A DNA stretch of 64,000 nucleotides from Coriobacteriia bacterium (lineage in GTDB: Bacteria > Actinomycetota > Coriobacteriia > Coriobacteriales > RUG033). Location: positions 2,157-66,156 of the forward strand of contig JAATFL010000038.1 of assembly GCA_015655215.1 (NCBI GenBank), given 5' to 3'. Position numbers and translations under genes: made by a program. The notes beneath the pieces are model-generated. The model worked only from the letters and a program-made list of their open reading frames with translations. It made no database searches and was not told where the DNA came from. Positions 45,498 through 54,806 of this stretch are shown here, in pieces (within the stretch, counting starts at the first letter, position 1; every line of letters begins with the position of its first letter).

Positions 45498-47027
45498 CTA
45501 CTCCTCGGCCTCGCCCGTGTCATCGGCGACAGCCTCGATCCCCAACAGTGCGAACAGCTCGCCACGCGCGTGGATGTCCAGCTTGGTGTATATATGGTAG
45601 ATGTGGGCTTTCGCCGTCCCGCGGGCGATGAACAGCTCACGCTCCACCTCGGTGATCGACTTTCGTTGGGCGAGGAGGACGAGCACCTCACCCTCACGCT
45701 GGGTAAGGTTGTACTCATGTTGCAGCTGCGCGCAACGCCTGGTGAGACGGCCACGCCCAGCGGACTCACCGCCGTCCGCACCGTCGACGAGCTTCACACC
45801 CCATGCCGAGGCGATATCCCTCTCCCCGATGAGCAGCATGGTCACCACCACCACGAGCGCGATGGTGACGGCATCGAACAGGAGCGCCTGCGAACCTGTA
45901 TCGATCCCACTGGCCGTGACCGTCGAGGTGACGGCGCGCCCCAGCTCCATGGCGAGCGCACGTACGCCCCGTTCGATGCCGAAAAGCCACACGGCACCCA
46001 CGCCCCAGTGGTACGACATCGAGCTCAGGATGATCATGATGAGTATGGAGAACGCGGTGTAGCTCGCGATGATGCACTCGTTGGAGAAACGTGAGTTCGA
46101 TCCCGTCAGCAACGGCGCCAGCAACAGACCACCTACCATGAGCGGCATGCCCACGCGGTACAGGATGGAGAAGTCGAAACGCTCGGAGCGCCACAGGACA
46201 CCCACCACCACGATCGCCGCCACGATGACGCAGCCGATGGACGAATGTGCGCCCGAGGTGGCGTACGCTTCCTGCTCGTGTAACCCGAATGCCAGCGCAT
46301 ACGCCGCCATGAGCAGCGTGGGCTTCCAGGGGAACGAGAAGCGCCCCCAGTTGGTGCTGGGAAGCTCGCCAGGGGGAATCCGCCGGTAACTGGCCCTGAG
46401 GCACAGCAGCGAGACGATGGGCATCGCCGACGTGTAGACAGCGAGATAGATCGGAGAGAAGCCCCACCCTATCCAGATGAGCACCGCGCCGAAGATGAGC
46501 GAAAGCGAGTAGTAGAGCGCGACGCGCAGCGGGCTCAGGCACCCGAACAACTCGGACCACAACAGGATCATGAGTGCCGTGCCGGCACCGGCCGTGATCG
46601 CAGCCGGATAGGCGAGAAGTCCAGCCGCTCCCGGCTCGAAGAAAGAGACGTACTCGGCGACCGCACCCACGATCATCAAACCGACGGCACCCCACAGCGC
46701 CCATCTTCTTCGGAAGAGCGGCACCAACCGGCGCGAGAAGATGGCGCATGACAGCAACACGACCACCATGGCGATATCGTATGGGTTGTGTCCGGCAGAC
46801 ACATTCGCCGGTAGGTCATAGACTGGCTTGAGGAACAGCAGTTCTATGTAGACACGATAGATGCCGATGCCGAGAAACATGAGGGGCACCGCCGAGAGCC
46901 CTTGCAGGGCGACTCCTATGCGCACCGGCGATGGCGTCGGCCTCTCCGCCTCTTCAGGCGAGTTCCTCACACGCGTCTCCTCTCGTGCCTCCCCCGGTGA
47001 AACCCAGGCACGGTCCTCTTCTACCAC
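45498..47027 (-). CDS. LuxR-family regulator with polytopic membrane domain
   Basis: About 10 TM helices, then LTQREGEVLVLLAQRKSITEVERELFIARGTAKAHIYHIYTKLDIHARGELFALL. Divergent from the reductase at 47257. Confidence 0.8.
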   Translation of the reverse strand: MVEEDRAWVSPGEAREETRVRNSPEEAERPTPSPVRIGVALQGLSAVPLMFLGIGIYRVYIELLFLKPVYDLPANVSAGHNPYDIAMVVVLLSCAIFSRRLVPLFRRRWALWGAVGLMIVGAVAEYVSFFEPGAAGLLAYPAAITAGAGTALMILLWSELFGCLSPLRVALYYSLSLIFGAVLIWIGWGFSPIYLAVYTSAMPIVSLLCLRASYRRIPPGELPSTNWGRFSFPWKPTLLMAAYALAFGLHEQEAYATSGAHSSIGCVIVAAIVVVGVLWRSERFDFSILYRVGMPLMVGGLLLAPLLTGSNSRFSNECIIASYTAFSILIMIILSSMSYHWGVGAVWLFGIERGVRALAMELGRAVTSTVTASGIDTGSQALLFDAVTIALVVVVTMLLIGERDIASAWGVKLVDGADGGESAGRGRLTRRCAQLQHEYNLTQREGEVLVLLAQRKSITEVERELFIARGTAKAHIYHIYTKLDIHARGELFALLGIEAVADDTGEAEE

Positions 47028-47256
47028 ATCCCATCATACCCATTTATCCGGAACACCAAAGGGGGTTTAGAGAGGGTTTATCAATATAGGCACCCCAAAA
47101 CCCCTCGTTCCCGATGTGCTCGACCCGACTCCCCGGCAAACTCACCCCAGTTGCTCCACATGCCCCCCCACAACAACATCACCGTGCGGGCATGTGGAGC
47201 GTTCACCAATGATGTGCTGGCACAAGTCCAGCGCATCCCAAGGAAAAGGGAGAACC

Positions 47257-48870
47257 ATGGGCAACCACACTATCAGCAGACGCGACCTTCTCACGTACGG
47301 CGGTCTCGCCGCCGCCGGAGCCATCGGCGTCAGCGCCCTCACCGCATGCGGCAGCACCTCGTCAAACACGACCACGGACAGCTCGTCAGACGCGGCAAGC
47401 GACGACACCCCCAGCTTCCTCGCCAAGCCCACGGCCATCACCGACATCAAGGAGACCAAGACCTATGACGTCGTGGTGGTGGGTGCCGGCGCCGCAGGCG
47501 TCCCGGCCGCCCTTTCAGCCCTCGAGGCCGGAGCCAGTGTCGCCGTGGTCCAGAAGGAGAGCACAGCGGTCTCGCAAGGCAACTCGGGCTCTGCCATCGA
47601 TCTTGACAACAGCGAGCCGGCGGGCGTCGAGGCACTGGTCAGTCAGTTGATGTATGACAACAACAACCGCTCGCAGCGCGCCTTCCTCGAGCTTTGGGCA
47701 AGAAACGGCGCCGAGGCGGTCAGATGGGTCATCGACCGTTCCGCCAAAGGCGGTGCCCAGGTCGTCGACCAGGGTAACCTGCAGCAGAAGAGCATCCTGA
47801 CCGTCAACGGATACACGCTGAACTACATCACCTCGTTCTTCGGTCCCAAACCATACGGGACCGGCGATGGGATGAAGGCGTTGGCCGACTACGCCGCGAA
47901 ACAGGGCGTGGAGTTCTTCTACAGCACTCCCGCGCAGCAGCTCGTCATGGACGGCACGAGGGTCAAGGGCGTCATCTGTCAGAACAGCGATGAGACCTAT
48001 ACCGAATTCGATGCGGACAAGGGCGTCATCCTCGCAACCGGAGATTACCAGAACGACGAGGAGATGTGCGACTACTACATCCCCGACCTCACGTACTTTG
48101 AGCGCAAGCAGTACAACAAGACCGGCGACGGCCATAAGATGGGCGTGTGGGCAGGCGGGTACATCGAGCCACTCAACCACACGAAGATGCTCCACGACTT
48201 CGACGCCGGCCCTGCCAGCATGTGCGACATGCCCTTCCTCGCCGTCGACGACAAGGCCGTCCGCTTCGTGAACGAGACCACCCCGATGTCCTATCTCAAC
48301 AACTACCTCCGTCAGGAGGAGCGCACCGGATGGTACTCCCAGGTCTTCGACTCGGACTATATGACACAGGCCGCCAACTGGCCCGGTGCGCTCGTCGACC
48401 CCGATGGCCTCAAGAACTACATGCCCGAGGAGGCCGGCACCAAGACCGGCGTCACCGAGGCCCAGATACGCACCTTCAAGGCCGACACGCTCGAAGATCT
48501 TGCCGGGAAACTCGAGATCGACCCCACCACGTTCGTCAAGACGGTCGACGAATACAACACGATAGTCGAAGCCGGAGCCGACACCGCCTTTGGTAAACCC
48601 GCCAAATACCTCGCGCCCGTCAAGACGGCACCGTTCTACGGCATCCACCGGCACGTGCGCATCTCGGCGACCTGCTCAGGTTTGGCCGTCGACGCGAACT
48701 TCCAGGTGCTCGACTCCAGCGATGCTCCCATCGACGGGCTGTTCGCCGTAGGTGAGTGCGCCGGCTACTTCTACGGTGGCGTCGACTACCCGCTGACCGT
48801 CTATGGATTGAACCTCGGGCACTGCTACACATTCGGCTACCTTACCGGCAAGCACGTCGCAACCCTCTAG
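47257..48870 (+). CDS. Tat-exported FAD-dependent oxidoreductase (fumarate reductase / flavocytochrome-c flavoprotein family), lipoprotein-type signal
   Basis: MGNHTISRRDLLTYGGLAAAGAIGVSALTACGS (twin-Arg plus lipobox). YDVVVVGAGAAGVPAALSALEAGASVAVVQKE FAD motif. C-terminal GLFAVGECAG. ATG 47257 is preceded by AAGGAAAAGGGAG. Confidence 0.85.
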   Translation: MGNHTISRRDLLTYGGLAAAGAIGVSALTACGSTSSNTTTDSSSDAASDDTPSFLAKPTAITDIKETKTYDVVVVGAGAAGVPAALSALEAGASVAVVQKESTAVSQGNSGSAIDLDNSEPAGVEALVSQLMYDNNNRSQRAFLELWARNGAEAVRWVIDRSAKGGAQVVDQGNLQQKSILTVNGYTLNYITSFFGPKPYGTGDGMKALADYAAKQGVEFFYSTPAQQLVMDGTRVKGVICQNSDETYTEFDADKGVILATGDYQNDEEMCDYYIPDLTYFERKQYNKTGDGHKMGVWAGGYIEPLNHTKMLHDFDAGPASMCDMPFLAVDDKAVRFVNETTPMSYLNNYLRQEERTGWYSQVFDSDYMTQAANWPGALVDPDGLKNYMPEEAGTKTGVTEAQIRTFKADTLEDLAGKLEIDPTTFVKTVDEYNTIVEAGADTAFGKPAKYLAPVKTAPFYGIHRHVRISATCSGLAVDANFQVLDSSDAPIDGLFAVGECAGYFYGGVDYPLTVYGLNLGHCYTFGYLTGKHVATL

Positions 48871-49173
48871 GCACCTGGGCCTCCGTTTCGTCACGTGCAC
48901 CCTGCGGCTGAATCCTCCGCGGGGTGCACGTCCCTCACCCCTATCGCCTTTCAAGCCCCGCATCACCACGCATCACCCCTTCGGTGTCATCAGCGGCTTT
49001 CATTGCGCATGCTCGCCATCCTTCTGCAAAACCACACCCTGGGTGGTAAGGCGCCCCCACGAGGTCTATCATCGTGTTCGGCCAGCGTCGGGCATCGGAG
49101 CGCCGTCCGTCCGTGCTGTCGAAGCCGTGCGTCCATGGATTGACGTACGTCCCTGCACGAAAGGGGTTGGGAC

Positions 49174-50823
49174 ATGCCCTGCACGCGAGAGGAGCGCATC
49201 CTATCGATCCTCAGGCAACTCACGGCGATCCCGAGCGTCTCGCAGACCCCAAGCGAGAAGCTCGCCGGGCAGACCATCGAGGAGCTGTTCGAGGGACTTC
49301 CCTACTTCAAGGCGCATCCCGGGCAAACCGGTGCCCACGTCCTTCCCGGCGACTCGCTTGGCCGCACCATCCCCTATGCCCTTCTACGTGGAGAATCTGC
49401 GAGGACACTCGTGCTCATGGGCCATTACGATGTCGTCGAAACCACCTCCTACGGCAACCTCGAACCGGTCGCCTGCCTTCCCGACTAGTTGGCCGCCGCC
49501 CTTGAAGAGGAGCCGCTCCCACCGCACGTCATGGCCGACCTCAAGAGCGGGGAGTGGCTCTTCGGCCGTGGCACCGCCGACATGAAAGGTGGCCTCGCCG
49601 TGGCGATCGCCTACCTGGAGGAGCAGTGCGCCCTCCCCGACCCCATCGGGAGCCTGCTGGTTATCGCGGTGCCCGACGAGGAGGCCTTCTCGGAGGGAGC
49701 ACGCGACGCAGCGAGGCTGCTCACGACGCTACGGGAGCGCTATGGTCTGAGGTATGAGTTCCTCATCGACCCAGAACCTACCGCCCGTGCCCACGGGGTG
49801 CAGACGGTACCGATCGGCTCGGCGGGCAAGTGCCTGCCCGTCGTGGTGGTGCAGGGCGCGACGGCACACGTCGACCACGGATTCGAGGGCCTCAATCCCC
49901 TGGGGATACTGAGCTCGCTCATCCTTCGCACCGAACTCGAACCCGAGCTGTGCGACATCGACCACGGCGAGGCATGCGTTCCGCCGGTGTGGCTCTCGGC
50001 CGCAGACCAGACGTCGGGCTACTCCGCCTCGGTGCCCTCGCGGGCCAGCGGCTACCTCAACTTCCTCACCTTCACGTCGTCCCCTGCCGAGGTGCTTCGA
50101 AAGCTGAAGATGGAGGCACGTGCCGCGGTTGACGCCTATCTCGCGCAGATGGACCTCAACTACGACGAGTACGTCTCCCTCGCCGGAGAGGATGGGCAGG
50201 AGCCGTCGGGCCTCTTCGTGGAGGTGCTCACGTTCGGTGAGCTTTCCGCAGGGCTGCGCGAATCCCATGGCTCCCGATACGACGCGTTCTTCTCCACGGC
50301 GTACAACCGATGCGCCGCCGCGTTGCAACGTCACGAGATGGCCTATCCACAGGCCACCATCCAACTGATGAACGAGGTGCTCACCTGGTCAGGGCGTCGC
50401 ACCCCCACCGTGCTCCTCGGCTTTGCGCCACCGTTCTATCCCGCCATGCACAGCGACGACGTCCCCGGCAAGGAGGGCATCGGCTCACGTTATGCGGCCC
50501 TCGTCGCGCAGGCACTGAGCGGGTTTGGCCTGAACGTACGGGTACAGCATCACTTCACCGGCATCTCGGACCTGAGCTATTGCGCCGTCACCGTCGACCT
50601 CGATGAGCAGGCACTCGCCTCGGAGATGCCGCTGTGGGGCGACGCATATGCCGTCGACGTCCCCGCCATCGCCTCGCTGGGGATCCCCGGCATGCTACTG
50701 GGGCCGTGGGGCTGCGACTATCACCGCATGACCGAGCGGGTCAACGTCAAGAGCCTCACCCAGGAGCTCCCCGCGGCCATCGATGCCGTCGCCCATGCCG
50801 TATGGGCACAGCCCGAATCCTGA
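49174..50823 (+). pseudogene. M20-family metallopeptidase (RocB-like) interrupted by an in-frame TAG at 49486-49488
   Basis: ORFs 49174-49488 and 49489-50823 are in the same frame and read through as ...LVLMGHYDVVETTSYGNLEPVACLPD*LAAALEEEPLP...GRGTADMKGG...AVPDEE. This is one continuous M20 domain split by a single amber codon. Confidence 0.7.
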
Positions 50824-50897
50824 GATCGTCAAAGCCGGTCGAGTCGATCCCCTCCTCACCGCATGCGCATCGCGATGCCGAAGCACCCGTGAGAGCG

Positions 50898-50930
50898 GGG
50901 AGAGGGAGCCACCTTCGCGCTCCCTCTCCC
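50898..50930. terminator. GC-rich hairpin between convergent genes (possible bidirectional terminator)
   Basis: GGGAGAGGGAGC (50898-50909) / GCTCCCTCTCCC (50919-50930), a perfect 12-bp stem with a 9-nt loop. There is no clear U-tract. Confidence 0.4.
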
Positions 50931-50975
50931 GTCACTGGATCCGGTTTCCCCTCTCGGGGACCATCGGCAGAAGCC

Positions 50976-52463
50976 CTACTCGGCCGGATAGAACCCGGAG
51001 GGAGCCTCCGAGAGGTTGATCATGATGTTCTTGACCTGGGTGTAGTGCTCGAGGATGACCTCGTCGGTCTCACGGCCGATGCCAGACTCCTTGTAACCGC
51101 CGAACGGGGACTTCTCCGGAATCTGGTTGTAGGTGTTGACCCACATCCGTCCGGTGCGCACACCACGGGCCACTCGAATCGCACGGTTGATGTCCTTGGT
51201 CCACACGGCGCCCCCCAGGCCATACACCGAGTCGTTCGCCATGGCGATGACCTCGTCCTCGTCGTGGAACTTGATGACGACGCCCACGGGCCCGAATATC
51301 TCCTCCTGGGCGACGCGCATCCTGTTGTCGACGTCGACGAGCAGCGTGGGCTTCATGAACGCACCTTTCGCCAACTCGCCCTCGGTGAAGCGCTCGCCAC
51401 CGGTCAGGACCCGAGCGCCCTCCTGTTTGCCGATCTCCACATAGCTGAGAATCTTGTTGAGCTGACGCTCGTCGATTTGCGCACCCATCTGCGTATCGTC
51501 TTTCCACGGCAAGCCTACGTTGACCCTCTCGAAGGCGTCCTTGAGCTGTGCGACGAACGCGTCGTAGATGGTATCCTGGACGAAGATGCGGGAGCCGGCG
51601 CAGCAGACCTGTCCCTGGTTGAAGAGGATGCCCAGTTGTACACCGTCAAGAGCCTGATCCCAGCGGCAATCGTCAAAGTAGATGTTGGCCGATTTACCGC
51701 CTAGCTCCAACGTGGAGGGGATGATCTTCTGCGCGGCTGCCAGGGCGACGTTGCGCCCCACCTCCGTCGAACCCGTGAAGGCGAGCTTCGAGAGGTCGGG
51801 ATGGTCGAGCAGGTACTGACCGGACCTCGATCCACGACCGGTGATGACGTTGAAGACGCCCGCAGGCAAGATGCCGTCGATGAGACGGGCGAACTCGAGG
51901 ATCGAAAGCGACGTCAGGCTCGATGGCTTGAACACGGTGCAATCGCCGGCGGCGAGCACGGGGGCGAGTTTCCAGGCGCCCATCAGGAAGGGAAAGTTCC
52001 AGGGAACGATCTGTCCGACGACACCGAGGGGTTCACGCAACTCGATGGAGAGGAACTGCTCGTCGAGAACGACCGCCTTGCCCTTCATCTCCAGGATGAC
52101 CCCGGCGAAGTAACGGAAGTGCTCGGCAGCGAGGGCGATATCGACCGCGCGGGTCTCGCGAATGGGCTTGCCGTTGTCAAGCGATTCGAGCAGGGCCAGC
52201 TGCTCGGCGTTCTCGTCGATCACGTCGGCGATCCTGTTGAGGAGGGCGGCGCGCTCCTTGGGGGTGGTGTCCTTCCAGGTGCCGAAAGCCTTCCAGGCGG
52301 CCCCGACGGCCCTGTCCACATCTTCCTTCGTCGCCTCGGCGCACGTCGAGAGAGCTTCGCCGTTGGCTGGACAATACGACGTGAACGTTGAAGCGTCGCC
52401 TGAGTCGACCCACTGTCCGTCGATGTAGAGCTTGTAAGATGTCTGAGCTGGGTTGTTGTTCAT
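50976..52463 (-). CDS. NAD(P)-dependent aldehyde dehydrogenase
   Basis: MNNNPAQTSYKLYIDGQWVDS...FTGSTEVGR...ELGGKSANIYF...NQGQVCCAGSR (catalytic Glu and Cys motifs). ATG 52463 is preceded by GAAAGGTG. Confidence 0.9.
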   Translation of the reverse strand: MNNNPAQTSYKLYIDGQWVDSGDASTFTSYCPANGEALSTCAEATKEDVDRAVGAAWKAFGTWKDTTPKERAALLNRIADVIDENAEQLALLESLDNGKPIRETRAVDIALAAEHFRYFAGVILEMKGKAVVLDEQFLSIELREPLGVVGQIVPWNFPFLMGAWKLAPVLAAGDCTVFKPSSLTSLSILEFARLIDGILPAGVFNVITGRGSRSGQYLLDHPDLSKLAFTGSTEVGRNVALAAAQKIIPSTLELGGKSANIYFDDCRWDQALDGVQLGILFNQGQVCCAGSRIFVQDTIYDAFVAQLKDAFERVNVGLPWKDDTQMGAQIDERQLNKILSYVEIGKQEGARVLTGGERFTEGELAKGAFMKPTLLVDVDNRMRVAQEEIFGPVGVVIKFHDEDEVIAMANDSVYGLGGAVWTKDINRAIRVARGVRTGRMWVNTYNQIPEKSPFGGYKESGIGRETDEVILEHYTQVKNIMINLSEAPSGFYPAE

Positions 52464-52759
52464 CTCACACCTTTCTCGTCCTGATGCCACACGTCGCGAA
52501 GCCAACGTGACAGAAACTCGCCCGGACAGATCGCTCGCGAGCAGATATCATTCCGGACCCCGTTAGTATCTCCGATTACGATATATCTTAAATATGGACT
52601 CCGGGAAGGAACCTTTCTCTTCGGTGGGCACGACACGACGTGCATGCAGCCAGAACATACGGTATCTATCCACCGGTGAAAGGTCGTGCACTCACGCCAC
52701 CCTCATGGCGTCGACCGGGTGAGGTGAGCCACCACCCCCGTGAAACGGAAGGGACATCA

Positions 52760-52772
52760 CCTGTTTGCGCGA
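52760..52772. repeat. 13-nt direct repeat copy 1 (CCTGTTTGCGCGA)
   Basis: Exact 13-mer, repeated at 52868-52880. Lies in the 556-nt divergent intergenic region upstream of the reductase gene at 53020. Confidence 0.6.
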
Positions 52773-52867
52773 CCCCCGTGCGATACCTTCTAGGGATGTC
52801 GCCCACGACTCGTCACCCCAGACCCTCACATCGTGTCCCATCCGACGTCACGCAATCGAGAGAATAC

Positions 52868-52880
52868 CCTGTTTGCGCGA
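52868..52880. repeat. 13-nt direct repeat copy 2 (CCTGTTTGCGCGA)
   Basis: Exact copy of 52760-52772, 108 nt downstream of it and 140 nt upstream of ATG 53020. Confidence 0.6.
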
Positions 52881-53019
52881 TGGGCAGGCAGGGGTCAATG
52901 CAATAAGGTCTTGCCATGCGGGGTGGAAAAGCCGACAGGACCCACCTTCGCGGGGACGCATCGCGCGACCATGAGCAAAAGGCCTTGGCCGCCCGTGCGA
53001 GGACGAGAGGAGCATTGCC

Positions 53020-54621
53020 ATGAGAACGTTTGACCGCAGGAACTTCCTCAAGGGCGCACTGGCAGCCGGGGGCGTCGCCGTGGCCGGAGCGGCCCTCGGG
53101 CCGCTCGACGGATGCAGCTCGTCATCGACCACCTCGGGGTCGAACGCCTCGAGCGCGTCGTCCACCGTCGGTACCGTGACGACACCAACCAGCACCGAGA
53201 CCTGTGACGTCGTCGTGGTTGGTAGCGGCATGGGCGGCATGTGCGCGGCCATCACCGGCGCGCAAGCCGGCGCGCAGGTCGTCATGCTCGAGAAGAACGC
53301 CACCTATGGTGGTGCCACGATGTTCGCCGAGTGTCCCATGCCCGCCGGGTTCACCCAGATTCAGAGCAGCTACGCCGATCCCATCTGCCGGACCGCTGCG
53401 CAAGACGCCCTCGAGGCGACCAACTACATGGCCGACCCGATGCTGCGCTACCAGATGGCCCTCGATGGTCCTGACACCAACTCGTTCCTCTTCGACCAGT
53501 GCGGCGTCCAGACGAAGGTCGTAAGCCCCCAGGCCCCGCTCTTCTACGCCGACGGCAACGGTACCTCCGCCATCAAGACCCTCACACCCATCTGCCAGGG
53601 CGCCGGTGTCGACATGCGCCTCTCCACCACCGCCACGGCACTCGTGATGGACGGCTCCGACGAGTACCTCTGCACGGGCATCCAGGCAACGGACGAGAGC
53701 GGCTCCGTCATCCAGTTCAACACCAAGGCAATCATCCTCTGCACCGGTGGCCTCTCCACGAACCGCGACCTCCTCGCCCAGTACACGAGCCAGGACCTCG
53801 ACAAGGTCATCACCGACGGCGTGACCTCAGGGCAGGACGGCGACGGCCACATGATGGTGGAGAGGACCGTGCACGGCAAGGTCGGGCACCTCTGCGTCTC
53901 ATCGCTGTTCATCAACGTCGAGGGGTTCGCCTATGCCAGCTCACTCGGCGTGGTGTGCGGTATGCAACCCACGAACCTCTGGGTCAACCAGGACGGATAT
54001 CGACCGGTGGACGAGGAGGTCGTCTCCGACACCACCAACTGCAACAAGGTCGTCGAGGAGCAGGGGCGCTGCATCTCCGTCATCGACCAGGCCAGTTGGG
54101 ACCAGTACAAGGCGACTGGCACGTTCACGCACTACTCGGGATTCGCAGACGTGCACATCGGTGCGGCGATCGCCGACCTCGACTCGGATTGGGAGACGTA
54201 CAAGGGACTCGACCCGTGCTACTACGGCACGACGATCGACGAGCTCGCCAAGGACATCTATGGCGACGACACCGATGCCGTCTCCACGTTCGAGGAGACC
54301 GTCAAGGAGTACAACGCCTCCTGCACGTCGGGCACCGACGCGGCATGGGGCAAGAGCGCCGACTACCTGCGTCCCGTCTCGACCGGTCCCTTCTATGCCT
54401 TCCAGCTCTCGAGTGGCATGGTCAACACGAACGGTGGCATCCGCATCAACATCCACTCGCAGGTGTGCGATGAGCGCAACCGGCCCATCGTCGGTCTCTA
54501 CGCGGCCGGCATCTGCACCTCTGGATGGCAGGGAGAGACCTACTACATGGGTTCCTGCCAGCCAGCGGCAGCGTGGGGAGGTCGCACTGCCGCGAAGCAC
54601 GTGGCGAAGACCTTGCTGTAG
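53020..54621 (+). CDS. Tat-exported FAD-dependent oxidoreductase (fumarate reductase flavoprotein family), lipoprotein-type signal
   Basis: MRTFDRRNFLKGALAAGGVAVAGAALGPLDGCSS. CDVVVVGSGMGGMCAAITGAQAGAQVVMLEKN. C-terminal GLYAAGICTSG. GAGAGGAG RBS. Confidence 0.85.
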   Translation: MRTFDRRNFLKGALAAGGVAVAGAALGPLDGCSSSSTTSGSNASSASSTVGTVTTPTSTETCDVVVVGSGMGGMCAAITGAQAGAQVVMLEKNATYGGATMFAECPMPAGFTQIQSSYADPICRTAAQDALEATNYMADPMLRYQMALDGPDTNSFLFDQCGVQTKVVSPQAPLFYADGNGTSAIKTLTPICQGAGVDMRLSTTATALVMDGSDEYLCTGIQATDESGSVIQFNTKAIILCTGGLSTNRDLLAQYTSQDLDKVITDGVTSGQDGDGHMMVERTVHGKVGHLCVSSLFINVEGFAYASSLGVVCGMQPTNLWVNQDGYRPVDEEVVSDTTNCNKVVEEQGRCISVIDQASWDQYKATGTFTHYSGFADVHIGAAIADLDSDWETYKGLDPCYYGTTIDELAKDIYGDDTDAVSTFEETVKEYNASCTSGTDAAWGKSADYLRPVSTGPFYAFQLSSGMVNTNGGIRINIHSQVCDERNRPIVGLYAAGICTSGWQGETYYMGSCQPAAAWGGRTAAKHVAKTLL

Positions 54622-54806
54622 CGGTTTCCATCTCAGAGGGTGGTGCCCCGTGTGGTTTACATGACCACCTGGGCGCATCGCCCTCTTTCGCGTGCACGAT
54701 ATGGGTTTCTCGCTTACCATATGCCTGTCAATGACGTTGCTCGCCGTTCGGCCACCTCCCAGGGAGTGCGTGACCGATACGTATTCGGCTGACGGGGAGG
54801 TGCCCT

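Noticed and set aside
49486-49488. TAG as a pyrrolysine codon
   Set aside because: There are no pylT/pylS/pylBCD genes in the window. M20 peptidases are not known Pyl proteins, and the aligned position in RocB-type proteins is an ordinary residue. Nonsense mutation or sequencing error is far more likely.
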